A stretch of 64,000 nucleotides of DNA from Rhodosorus marinus CCMP1338. Its lineage: Eukaryota; Plantae; Rhodophyta. Under the pieces are notes generated by a model. The model was not told the origin of the DNA, ran no database searches, and saw only the letters and a list, made by a program, of their open reading frames with translations. How positions within the stretch are numbered: the first letter of the stretch is position 1; every line of letters starts with the position of its first letter. Position numbers and translations under genes: made by a program. Below, one piece after another: positions 38,343-50,459 of this stretch. The stretch spans positions 1,116,001-1,180,000 of the forward strand of contig JAMWBK010000005.1 of assembly GCA_029953675.1 (NCBI GenBank). The letters are read 5' to 3'.

Positions 38343-39079
38343 TCAATAGTACTGTATTGAGAACTTCATCGGAGAATTGCTGGAATCCGCAAAGCGGGAT
38401 AGCGCTTCCTCAAATTCGTCCTCGAGGTTTCGGAGGCTGCTCATGACCATCGCGAATTCGAGCTAAGGAGCGATTTTTCCAGTGTAAAGAGCCGGCGCTC
38501 GGTCAGGAATGGTTTCGCGAACTAGAGGAGAACGAGTGGGCTTGCTCACCGCGTATTTTGCCCCAATAGCGGCGTGTGCGTGTGTATCATTTACTTCCAG
38601 GTTGACGACATGTGTCATCTCAAATGTTCTGCTTCTCTTAGAGTTGAAGTGATCCAAGACTGCTTCAAAAACGCGATCTTCGAAGGTGATAATCACATCG
38701 AACCTGCGTCAAGGAAAGAACTTAAGATGCTTCGCAGAGCACGCATTATCTTGTATAAATGAACTCACTTTTCTGAAGTCTCTTGAAATCTCTCTGGAGC
38801 GCGTTTGATATTGCTATTTCTTTTCAGCATTCTGAGGACACCGTTCTGAACATAGAGGTCCTTGTCTTGCGCTTCAAGTTCTTCGAGCATCGTCTGATAC
38901 GGCGTGTTGAATCCATACACGTTGGGTTGATGCATACTCTGTCCTGGAAGTTTAACTGAAGACCCAGTTCCATAGCTTTTCACGTCGAAGCCATTCTTCA
39001 GAAATAGATCGTGCGCTTCCATCGATCTGTTCTGATTAGAAGCACAAACACATCCGAACCGCAACGATCGGTGCTCCAT
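38343..39079 (-). CDS. SSU72: RNA polymerase II CTD phosphatase Ssu72, 3 exons
   Basis: VCASNQNRSMEAH active-site motif, SYGTGSSVKLPG, APERFQE, FDVIITFEDRVFEAV. Confidence 0.96.
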
Positions 39080-39232
39080 CCTCACAAATCAAAACCCTAG
39101 TAGACAGCGAGCAAAAACCGAAACACAAGACAGCGAGCATACACAGATCCGAGCCTTTTTTGAAGCTAAGCCGAATCAAGACTTCTTGTTCAACAGTACA
39201 TGCACGTGAAGCTTGCGCAAATCCAACCTTAG

Positions 39233-39985
39233 CCCCGCACGCATCGATCGACTTCTTTCCAGATTCACTATCGACAGAAAGGGATTAGAACATCCAGAGC
39301 CAGCGGGCAGGGGCCCAGTGGGATCAAACCCTTTTGCTCTTTGAGTTATTTCGGGTTACCAACCAATGAAGATGGTGCGGATCCAACAAAACGCCAGGGT
39401 AGCCGAGGGAAGATAGAGCAAGAGCGTGAAGCGTCCATCCTCCCCGGCGTGAGGAAAGCAAAGGATTCTTCTTTTTACGTGCGTCAGGATCTCATTTGGG
39501 ATCGGACATCAAATCTCATGTCGGTTGACCTCGACGAGACAAACGTATTAAGAGTGTTCTGTACAGCGCAATAGAACTTTGTCCACGGAAACATGGAGGG
39601 TAGTGAACTATCGGCCCGCGTCGTAGATGGTGGCAGCGCCAACATAACTTGGGAGAACATAGTGTCATGGACTAAACGAGGATAACTTGAGTTGCGCGGA
39701 CGTCGGGCAGGATGGTTAACGAATCGCGTTTCGACTTTGCTAGCTAGTATTAAGGCAGAATCTGGTGGAAAAAATTTTTATTCGAATATGTTGGAAGAGG
39801 CGTACGTCTCAGCGCACTCACATAGATCTAAAGACAGTAAGCTTAGCACCCACACGAGCAGTACGTCAACAATTACGGACAGACGGGTTGCTTTGAGAAT
39901 TGAGGAGGGGCTATCGCAACTGCGCAAAGTAGTCAAGGACCGAAACCAACAGCACGGTCGCTTCCTTGATATCTATGATCTATGA
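39233..39985 (+). pseudogene. 251-codon reading frame broken by two isolated stops
   Basis: A single frame spans the track ORFs at 39341 and 39692, with stops only at TAG 39572 and TAA 39683. Confidence 0.4.
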
Positions 39986-40092
39986 GCAGGTCATTCGTTT
40001 TCAGCCTCAGGGCCACAATAGCGTTTTGCAGTCCACCATATTAGGAAAGTCAGAAAAGTGCAACATATAGTAAGTCGAAATACTATCGGACC

Positions 40093-41761
40093 TCAAGTAG
40101 GTTCCTCTTCGCATTCCGTTGTTAGCATGGAATCGTTCTCGGCTTCTTCACGTCCTGCTGAACCGCTCTCCCCAGTAGTAGCTTTCCGTTTCTGGAACGG
40201 CAGCATCTTCAGTCCGCTCAGCTTTCTGCGTGATCTACCGGATCTTCTCAACAGCTCAAACAAAACCGATTTGATTTCATCCACTCCTCTTCCCAGACGC
40301 GCGGAACAAGGGTAGACATCAACCTAGGGCGGACACAAGCACAACCGTCAGTACGCTGAGGCCAGTCTCTAGCAGCACGAAATCGTTGCGATGTAGTCCG
40401 CAAGATCCGAAGACGGGCCGAACCCAGCGTCCCTTCTACGGCAAGGGTATATGATACCTCGATATTCTCCTTAGCCAGCCATTCGATGAGATTCAGCAGT
40501 TTCGATTGTCCCTCATCTGCTGCGTCTAGCTTATTCGCCACGATCAGCGCTAGCCGCGACTGGCGCAGTCCGTTCATATACTCGTCCAACTCCTTGAACA
40601 GAGTTATCAATTCCTCAACGGGTGACTTCAGCGTCATATCCAAAACGTAGACTAGGACATCCGTTCTCTCGATATGCCTCAAAAAGTTCAAGCCAAGCCC
40701 ACGACCTCTATGTGCATCTTCCAGTATACCTTAAGAGCAGAGCAGGTCGCGATACATGAGGGCTTCAGTTGTAGGGTTTCCTCGCTGACATTGACCCCTC
40801 GCAGGATTGGGTTGCGGCCATTAAGTCTCACCAGGAATGTCAGCAACAGTAACACGGTCGAGCTCATCGTCCGATTCTTCCTTTTGCGTACGCGAAACAA
40901 CACCGATGACGGGGTGGAGCGTGGTAAAAGGAAAACTGGCAACCCTAGGTTTCGCGCTTGACATGGAGGCCAAAAGGGTACTTTTTCCCGCGTTAGGGAA
41001 ACCAACGAGGCCCACGTCAGCAACGGATTTTAACTCTAGGACCAGAGTGCGTGTTTCCCCTTCAGACCCCGCTTCGGCCTCGTCCACATTGCGATTAATC
41101 GAATTCTGAAAGGAACTGTTTCCCCTTCCTGTGAGGAGTTACCTTGAGGGTCAGGGCACTTTTCTTTTTCCAAAACCAGTTTTGCACTCCAAAGTAGTTT
41201 TGAACTCCAAAGCGCTGTGTTTACCTCCTCTTCCACCTTTGCAGGCCATAAATTTGTCCCCATGAACCAGATCCGCAATGATCCTATTCTCAGCTTCCCC
41301 AGGCTCGTATACGAGTGTTCCTGACGGAACCTGACAAACAATCGACCGGAAACCTTAGTGAACTGTGAACAGGATTCCAATTAGCTAATGGGGGAAATGG
41401 GGAATCAATCACGAACCTGGATAGTCAAATCTTTGCCACGCGCACCAATCATGTCCTTTCCGCCGCCATGCGTCCCGTGCTCCGCTTTGAATGTCCTTTT
41501 CCCGGACAGGCTCAGATCAGAGTGTGCATTAGCATGCGCCTCAATATAGACACTGCCTCCATTGCCACCTCTTCCCCCATCTGCCGGCCCACGATGGATA
41601 CTCTTGTCAGTATAAAACGAGGATGCCCCGTTTCCGCCTTGACCAGCTACAATGTTGAGCCTAACCACATCCACAAACCCACGGAGCCTTGAGAGCCGTT
41701 TTGCTGGTATCAAACGGCTCCTTGTAGCTCCGTGCAACAGACGAAGCATCGTGACGGACAT
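40093..41761 (-). CDS. MTG2: Mitochondrial Obg-family GTPase (MTG2/GTPBP5), multi-exon
   Basis: FVDVVRLNIVAGQGGNG, GGRGGNGGSV, LELKSVADVGLVGFPNAGKSTLL, FPFTTLHP, VADIPG, FLRHIERT, ANKLD. Arg-rich presequence. Confidence 0.92.
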
Positions 41762-42859
41762 CAGCCAAGCCTCCTCTCCCCGCAGCTCAGAAATCCATGT
41801 TCGAACATGAGCACCGACAGGTAGACTCAAAAAGATTTAAAACCAACACGTTCTTCAAAAGTGCACCCTCAGAGCCGTACCTTCAAGAACTTCAAATCCT
41901 CCGCAGGCGCGCGAGAAGCTAACGACAATGAGGTGAGAACTCATCGCCTCTTCACAAAGGGGACACCTTGCCCACACGAGGCAACTTGCGGAATGTGTGT
42001 TTTTAAGCCTAACAAAATCACTTAGGACACCGCTCGGTGACCGCACAGGTTTAATCAGAGGCTAAAGTCCCCGAATGATGTACTCTAGGAAGGGCGTAGA
42101 GAGCGCGCCATCCAAAACTAGGGCAGCAATGCAGCGCCAGAGAGTCATTTAGTAGTCACACACTTGTGACTCCCCGTTCCCTCTCGTAGGACACACACAC
42201 GGGTTTGTTAGTTGCCAGTAAAATCAACCGAAACATACGGTCGCGAAAGAGCATCAGGGCGGTTCCGGTAACACTCCCGCAACCAAGCACCCCAGCGTAT
42301 ATCGACATATCCAAAGACCTCTATGACAAGTGGAACAAAGAGATAAGCGAGCGCAGTCTAGCAACGCCTCAGCGTTGGTTAGCGCCTCCGTGTCTACGCA
42401 GAGTGGCGGTTCTTATACCATCAACTTGGCAGAAGAGATGGAAAAGAAACTGGCGAACTGAAAGAACCAAGCCGAAAAGAAGTCAGCACATGTGGTTCTG
42501 GGTCAGCCGACGCTCGAGAGCCGAAATCATAGGTTCTAAACAGAATGCCTACCAGAGCATTGGCCCGGGATGCAGATGGCAATTGCCGAAGTATCAAGGC
42601 AGTAGAAAAGGAGGTCGTTGAAGAAGAACCGAGGAGAAGGTAGACCGCAGTCCCTGGCGAAGACTGTGAGATGGCATCAGGCTTGTATGCCGATGCAAAT
42701 TTACAGATTACTTGACTAGTGATGGCAAGGGAAGAGAAAACGTATGGAAGTATGCTCGGATTGTTCGTCCCGGCCGATGCTCCATACTCATGATCTTGAA
42801 GTCTGGGTCCCAACGGCGTTTGACCGCAGGCATATTTTTCCATGAAGGGGTTCACCTGG

Positions 42860-43380
42860 TTCTTTCAGAATGTTATAAACGGGGTTGTTCTTTACCAAAC
42901 CCTAGCCGCTGACGCTTTGACAGATGACGCAAACAAAACGTCCATTCTGATGACTCCAGTCCGGCCAAAAAGAAGTCCACTAAACCGGCGAATGTTACAA
43001 ACAAAACGTCCATTCTGATGACTCCAGTCTGGCCAAAAAGGCGTCCACTAAACCGGCGAATGTTACAAACGGGGTACTCGGCCGATGACACTTTGACAGA
43101 TGAAAGCAAGCAAATCATCCATTTTTGATGATTCCAGTCAGGCCAAAAAAGGGTACGCGAAACTGGCGAATGTTACCTAAGCACAGCACAGCTGTGACGG
43201 CCACGGCATAAACATGGTTTCTTATGCTGTCGGTCTGACCAAACCGTATCTCAGCGACCTGGCGAATGTTACATTGACGACCTGGCAGATGGCCAGATTG
43301 TTTTTTAGAAAAGATTAGATTCTGATGCTCTACCAGTAAGGGCCAAATCAAACTATCCGAAGATGGCCAATGTTAGATGA
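42860..43380. repeat. Old about 95-120 bp array containing a recent near-perfect 68-bp tandem duplication
   Basis: 42931-42998 vs 42999-43066 differ at 3 positions. GAATGTTA-like anchor near 42868, 42990, 43058, 43168, 43263, 43369. Confidence 0.85.
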
Positions 43381-43588
43381 TCTAGGTTTGCTTTTTTGAT
43401 TCAAAATTTTTAGTGTAGTTCGACGGCCTTGGTTTTCCACTTTTTTGGGACTGCCTGGAGTACTTAGGTTGCAAAGATCAGGCTGACCTGGTTGGGGTGA
43501 TTCTGGAAAGTGGACTTCTTCTTTTGTGGAACGAGAGGAGTCCTTTCCTCTTCTTTATTGTTTCTGGCCATATATTTTTTCATGGATC

Positions 43589-45180
43589 ATGGTGATTTGT
43601 TCAACGAGCTTCGTTGGGTTGAGTGGATTAGATCTACCATGTTGTGTACGCACGTTAACTTGTCGACAGGTTCACTGGCTTCCAGGAGTTTTCGCACCGA
43701 AAGTTGAGGTGGTAACGAGTGAGGATGAAGGTCTCGTTCTCGGAGGACGAGGTTGTATCGCGAGGGATCACATTCCTCCTTGGGAGCCGGTGGTCAAAGT
43801 CGATTCTGAGGCGGTGATTAGAGTTCAGGTTGACAGCTCTGACGGAGTTCCTTGGTACATTCGACTCGCGCTAAGGTTCCTGAAGGAGAAGAGCGCTGGG
43901 GAGAACTCGAATTTCTCGGAATATGTGTCAATGATGGACTCGATTCGTGATGGGGAGAGGAGCGTGCTGATGGACAGAACAGTTTCCAGAGATGTAGGTG
44001 GCTTCAAATCCTGAGCTTGGTGGCATGTGCTCGAGATTCACAGACTAGCTGCTTGCCCCAACGAAACGAACAGATCCATTGGTATGAGTATCTCCGCGCA
44101 GACGTTGAAAACTACTACAGGGCAGTTGAGGATTCTTTCGACGGAGAATTGATGGACTTGTGCAGATCCATTACCGAATGGAGAAGAGCCCTCTGGATCT
44201 CTCATTCCCGAGCGTTTGCTCTCCCTCCAACTGGGAAGGAAATCGCCCTCATCCCAATGGTGGATATGTTCAACCACGTCACTCGCGCAAACTCGGAGCT
44301 GGTTTACGACGAGGTGACAAACTCCTACGATATTGTGAGTCTTGCCGTTCGTAAACCCCTCTGCCTTTTTTGATTAGTCGGGAAGGACCCCTTGACAACT
44401 CACACTGCTTCGAACAATGTAGGTTTTTGAAAACGATCTTTCCGCTGGAGAGGAGATCCTCATAACCTACGGTGGTCTTAGTAACGACATTTTGCTGCCG
44501 TATTTTAATTTTATAGAACACGCTAACCCCGTAGACACTTACTATTTGACTTATCGGCAGCTTGCAGCGGCCTTAAGAGCTGTTTGTCCACCCACGCATG
44601 GTTCAGCAGAAGAACCGGAAGCCCGTCAGGATGGGCTTCCTAGTCAACTGCAGCTTGAAGTTTTGCAACGTGCGGGTGCACACTGGGAGGGAGAAAGAGG
44701 ATTGCTCATCGGACTTGACGGGCCATCAGAAACGCTCATGCTAGTTACTAGGGTCCTAATCAGTGATGAGGAGACTCTGCACGACTCGGACCCTTCCAGT
44801 TTTGCAAAGGTGCGTGCAGGTCCGTGAGGATGCTTCCTGCCAAAGTTTGCTGTGATTTGACGTCCCGACTATCCCATTATGTATTCTTGAAGGCCAAGGA
44901 TCTCTCGAGTGAACTGGTGGTATGGGAAACGCTTGAATCTGTACTAGAGGCCGAGGAGGAGAGGATTTCGAAATGGCTGCACAAGAGTCAGGACGAGGGC
45001 GTGTCCCCGACAATAGTCGATTTCGCGAAGGAAAAAATTCGGACTATCTCCAGCAGCCTTCGGGTTGTGAGGTGGTGGCGTGATGTATCAGAAAGAGTTG
45101 GCAGAGTAACTACAGTACTTTTACCTCCCGGAAGAAGCACCATCCCCGTGCCCATTCTAGATGAACGAGGAATGAGGTAG
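43589..45180 (+). CDS. Plastid-targeted SET-domain protein-lysine methyltransferase (Rubisco LSMT-like class), multi-exon
   Basis: GRGCIARDHI, LALRFLKEK, WISHSRAF, LIPMVDMFNH, AGEEILITYGGLSNDILLPYFNF. Transit-peptide-like start (STSFVG). Confidence 0.85.
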
Positions 45181-45299
45181 TTGTGACGAGGGACATCTTT
45201 CGGTCTACGGTCTTCGGTTAGTACATTGATGAACGTTAGTTTGTTGATGGATAAGAACGAATCGCTCCGAGTTGGATGCAGGGTTTCTCGACGTAGCAG

Positions 45300-46669
45300 T
45301 CAGTTTTCCCCAGAGTCGAGTGCCTTCTTAAGCACCGAAACTACGGTAACTTGGTCCTCGTAGGTCAACCAGGCGTGGATCGGTAGGCTAATGACCTCGT
45401 CACCCGCCTCTTCGCATATAGGAAATGTTCGCCCGGATGCAAACGCTGAGTAGGCTGGCTGCTGGTGGATACTTCTGTCGTAATAGATTGCGAACCCTAT
45501 TTCCTTCTGTAAGAAACCCTGCCTTACGCGTTCCCTCCGCCCCTCTCCAGATTGATTTTCTGACTTGCTGATCCTGTAGGTTGTTACAATGTCGGGGTTC
45601 ATCTTTCAGCGAACAGAGTTTGTACTCACAGTTCCGGTTTCATTGCGAACGGTAATTGCTCTGTTAGGCAAGCACGAGATCCTACCTTATTGTATAGACG
45701 GCATAAACGTGTTTAGCAGACGCTTTCACCACGGGAGCCTCTACACCCTCGACGTCCTCGAGCAGTTTGGCATATCTCTGAGCTGCAAGTATCCTCTTCT
45801 CGAGCATACTGTCCAAATGCTTGAGTTTCACAAGCAGAATAGCCGCCTGCATTGTATCCAATCTGGCGTTTGTTCCCACCAAGGAAAACAGCTTAGTCAC
45901 CCCATCTTTGCCGTGCACTCTGAGCGACCTAATCGTAGCCGCAATGGTGCCGTCCGATGTGAAAACTGCACCGCCATCTCCGCAGCAAGCCAGTGGCTTG
46001 GTAGGGAAAAAGGAAGTAGTACCAATAACACTACTGCTGCATGAGAACAGTTCTCCACGACGAGCGCCGAAGCTTTGTGCGCCGTCTTCGATCACAGGAA
46101 TGCTAGGTCCTGAATTGAATGAAATGATCGAAAACAATCAAACTTGAGAAAACGAAAACAGAGCGAAGCCCGTGGGAAAACGGTAACTTGAGCTCAATCT
46201 CGGCCAGGGTCCTCTTACCTACAGCATTCTGGATTCCGACAACATCCGCCATTTGGCCAAAAATACTCACGGGAATAACAGCTTTCGTCTGGGTGGTGAC
46301 AGCAGCTTTGACGGCCTCTGGCTCAATTAGATAAGTCTCCGGATTGACATCGACAAAGACAACCTTGGCACCGAGAAACGCGATGACCTCTGCTGAAGAT
46401 ACCCAAGAAAACGGTGACGTAATAACCTCATCACCCGTTCCAATGCCAAGAGCCATCAACGCTAGCAAAAGAGCATCCGTTCCCGACGAGACACATATAC
46501 AATGGCTAGCACCACAGTACCTCTTCAACTTCTCCTCCAACTCCCTAACCTCACGTCCCATGATGTACTCCCCACGGTCCATGACCCCGGAGACTGCTGA
46601 ACGCATCTCCTCCCCGAGGACTTCGTTCTCTCGTCTCAGATCAACAAGAGGTATCGCACCCATATCCAC
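45300..46669 (-). CDS. PLP-dependent DegT/DnrJ/EryC1/StrS sugar-nucleotide aminotransferase (WbpE-like), 3 exons
   Basis: IPLVDL, YIMGREVRELE, SSGTDALLLAL, GDEVITSPFS, VIPVSIFGQ, VIEDGAQSFGA, SFFPTKPLACCGDGGAV (catalytic Lys), NARLDTMQAAIL, ISLPIH. Two GT-AG introns. Confidence 0.93.
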
Positions 46670-46879
46670 TACTTCTACAAAATCGACCTCAAGAAAATTC
46701 AGACCGTCTTCTATTACTTAAACGACATCACAAAGCCACAAACAAAAAAAAGTTCCATTTCCATTTCCATATAAAGCAATCCTCCAACCCTGACCACCTT
46801 CCTCAGCACACACCACTAAACCCTACAGCGTTATTGACGTACACGAGGAATTCATGAGGCAGAAGCGCATCTCTTCTTG

Positions 46880-47600
46880 AAGGTCTACGCTTTATCTTCT
46901 TCGTCTTCAGTTAATGTATCGGATACGTTTTCGATTCTCTGACTGATTAACCAGGTCTCTGGCTTGACAGATGTGATGAACAGACCAGTTCATCTTGAAT
47001 GCGGACATTTCATCTTCCCTTCTCGCCCTCCGTTGATGGATCAGATACTTGCCGGATTCTCCGACTGATCGACCAAGTCTGTGCGCTTGGCAGATGTGAT
47101 TGTGCAGAGAACTTCATCTTAAACCACTACCTTTTCGTCTTCTTTGTCTTCAGTTGATGCATCAGATACCGCCTCTCGATTTCGAGCTCTGTCGCCTGTA
47201 TGTTTTGCTTTCGATCTGGAGGTGTCTAACTCGGATGGGAAATCCTTTACGTCTCTGTCGATCCCTCAAATACTTTTCGAGCTCTGGACTTGAAGTAAAA
47301 GGTCTGTGTTGTCTTTTGTTTAAAAGCTTCTTGAACTCCCAAACACAGACCTCTTAAAGTGCTCGTAGCTTCAGCTTTTCTTCAAAAAGCTCTTTCACCC
47401 CTCTCGTCTGGTAGTACTTAACCAGGTCGTCATTGGACTCGGTTTGGCTAGGTATGTACATGTTGACAGACAGCCTTTGCAGTCTGAAACTGTTGAGCAG
47501 GTAACTAGACTTGCATGCGCTCTTTCTTTGAAGAGAAGCGCATCCGTTTGTGCATCGCCTATGTTTCTCGGCTTATTCGAGAAGCCGCTCTGAACGGTGG
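46880..47600 (-). pseudogene. Decayed coding-like segment ending in three about 121-bp tandem copies
   Basis: Anchor CTTCAGTT.ATG.ATC.GATAC at 46905, 47027, 47148. The minus frame LLNSFRLQ...EEKLKLRAL*EVCVWEFKKLLNK has isolated stops. Confidence 0.5.
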
Positions 47601-48057
47601 TGAAGTCGGCTTTTACGTTTGGTGAGAGGAGAGGGCAGAGACGCGTTGCGTTGCGTTAGGAGAGTTTTCACGTGGACAGTCTGCACTCTTTGAAGATAAC
47701 TTGGGCCTCTTTGCTGTGGGTTTGTTTTCTGGTAGCCGGGGTTTGCTGGTTTGTTTCTGCTTTAGAAGCAATCATTTCACGCCGGCTGTGGAGCAAAGGG
47801 GTGGCAGAGGTCGTGGGTCGTTTAGTGACGGGTTTTGTTAGTTCTGGTTTTGCTGATTGAAAGCTCAGGTCGAGGGTGTAAGTTTTGTTTGGTTTACCCT
47901 CTTGTTTGTTGGGGATTTTGGAGATCGCTCGATGCTTTGGGTTGGAGCAGGTTTTTCAACCTGCGGTTGGGAATGATGCATAAGAAGTAGGATGTGATGT
48001 TGTAGGAATTCATCACAGGGCCGAGGGGAGTTGTTGAATGGGGAAGTTCTAGAAACA

Positions 48058-50330
48058 ATGGGGGAGAATAATAATTTCAGGATTGTACCAAGCACAACGC
48101 AAGATACAGACCTCAACAGGATGTCGGAACGAAGTCTCGGAGGTGATTCTCTCGTGAGGACGCCGTCGGTGATGTCTGAGGCGGATATGTCCTTTTACCG
48201 GGACTCGCTTAAGGCAGTTCCACGTTCGGATTCGTTTCATAGAGGGGTACTCACGATGCGGCGCTCAGATTCATTTCACATGGAAGAATCGTAAGGATTG
48301 TCTCAGTCGTCTTGTTAGCCAGGAGTGGGTCTTGGACTACTTGTGTTCTTATCGTTTCTCTCCAACCTATTCCAAATATGCTTTAGGACGATTGAAGAAT
48401 CGGTATTGGGGATGCGACTCCGCCGAGTGTCATTGCAGAGACAAATACATTCTGAAGCGGTGGCTGTCGAAACAGGTTGGGATGCAGATGATAGAAAGTA
48501 CCTTTCAATTGGAGCACCACATGAGTATCTGGATCTGGACCCGATAAGCTCCCAGGCACCGGGAACGAGAAGGGAGCATTTGCTTGAATGCCTGGAAATC
48601 TTTCCCAGCGGAGATTCAAGGCCCCGAAGCGTGAGTGGATTCCTTGCTGAGCCACCGCCCACGTCACCTCGCCACTTCTAAAGACCGGCCATTTTTGTCT
48701 CCGGAAATTAATTTCAGATTCCCCGCTCGTACATACTCGGCATTGCGAAGGAATCAGAAGGAAGCAATGTATCCCACAACAGCAAAGGCATAAAGAAGCG
48801 GGCGATGAGACAGCAGTTAGGTAACTGCCTTCAGTTCAGAGATTTTCGCCAGGTAGGGAAATTGATGACAACACTACACAAACTCTGAGACATGGCAGTT
48901 CTCGCGAAATTTTCGTGGGCGATTGAGAATCCCCTCGAGACTCCCCGTTGACAGCAGACAAACTCGTAAACGTCCAGGTTGACCCCGCTTTCCTTGGGAA
49001 GCCGGCCATCTCGGTCCGAAGAAATGCCATCGTTGTTTCTCTGCTAGAAATTCGAGCCATTTTGCTTTTCAACAGATGTTTTCTCTTCAACTTGGACGGT
49101 TTGTCAAAGCCGCAGACGGATGTGGTCCTTAGCAGAATCAAGTACGTTGGAAAAATCCGCCAGTCAAGCGCCTCCGTGTGAAGTTGGATGCTACGCGCCT
49201 TTCTTCGATTTCACGTTACTTGTTGTGCGGCACTTAGACAATGCTGCAGCACCTGAACCACTGATTCCTACTGCTTCCCGTGATTCCAGGGATGGGAGAG
49301 AGAGCGCCGATGTGTCTGAGAGCGGGCAGAACTACGATTTTGAATTCTGCGCTCTGGAAGGGCTGCTCCAGGCTCTGACGACCAGACTGGAGAAAGACTT
49401 TTATCAGATGAATGACGAGATTCTTCGATGGGTAGACACCCTCGCGAACATCCTTTTCACACCGGTTTTGGAAGGTTTTCGAGCATCCAAGGGAAAACTG
49501 AATCGAATGTTGACCAAAATCGAGGAGAACCAAGTCGTACTAGACGTGAGCGACACAAATTGGATTTTAGGGACAGTTGTGAAGATTACCTGCATCTGCC
49601 ACCAACTCAGGAGCTTCTCCCCTTCGCCCTTTTGTTGCTTCTTGTTTCAGACCTTGCTGGACGATGATGAGGAAATGGCTAGCATGTATTTAACAGAGCT
49701 TCACAGAAACCCGGGCTCCATGAGGCAAACTATAGATCACGAGGAGATGGAGATGCTTTTGGAGAACTATGTACAGGTTATTGACGATATCTCCATAAGA
49801 GGAAAAGTTCTCATGGAAACTCTTCAAGATGCGGAGAGCTTGGTCGAGCTGCGCCTCGATGCTCTACAGAATAGATTGCTCCTCGTGAACTTGATTATTC
49901 AGTCGGTGGCTGTCGTCGTGGCTTTTGGAAGCATGGTAGGGCACCCAGCCGGCTGGGCTCGTCCAGCACGCACTCTATGAACGGAATTGCGTCCGCGCAC
50001 CCTCTGACTAATGGTCGAGCTAATGATTTCGCTTTGTCCCTTGGATATTAGATCACGGCAACATTTGGTATGAACATGCTGCTCCCACCGGCATGGTCTG
50101 AACTTCCCAGCAGCAAGTATTATTTCTACGGCGTCACCGCGTTCATCTTATGCGTGATGATCTTTGGGCTTGCTGGCGTCTATCTGTGGACGGTCAGATC
50201 AGGGATCTATACTATAGACTCTCCTCATTCAATACGGCGGAATCGACTCGGGAAACTCATCGGCGCCGAGGGAGGGGATGGGCTTCCAGAAGTGGGAGGA
50301 TCAAACAAGCGTCACGCCAAATCACAGTGA
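48058..50330 (+). CDS. MRS2: MRS2/CorA-family magnesium transporter, multi-exon
   Basis: RDFRQ|VDPAFLGKPAISVR, FEFCALEG, DDDEEMASMYL, EMLLENY, LDALQNRLL, then FGMN signature and a second TM segment. Confidence 0.92.
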
Positions 50331-50459
50331 CTGAGATAGTGACGAAGTATCTGGTAATATGACTTACTAACTGGTGAATTTTTTTTATAGAATATTCCTC
50401 TTGATGCTATTTTGTTGGAGATCTATAAATTTCACAGAGCTCAAGAGACGATCACCCCC

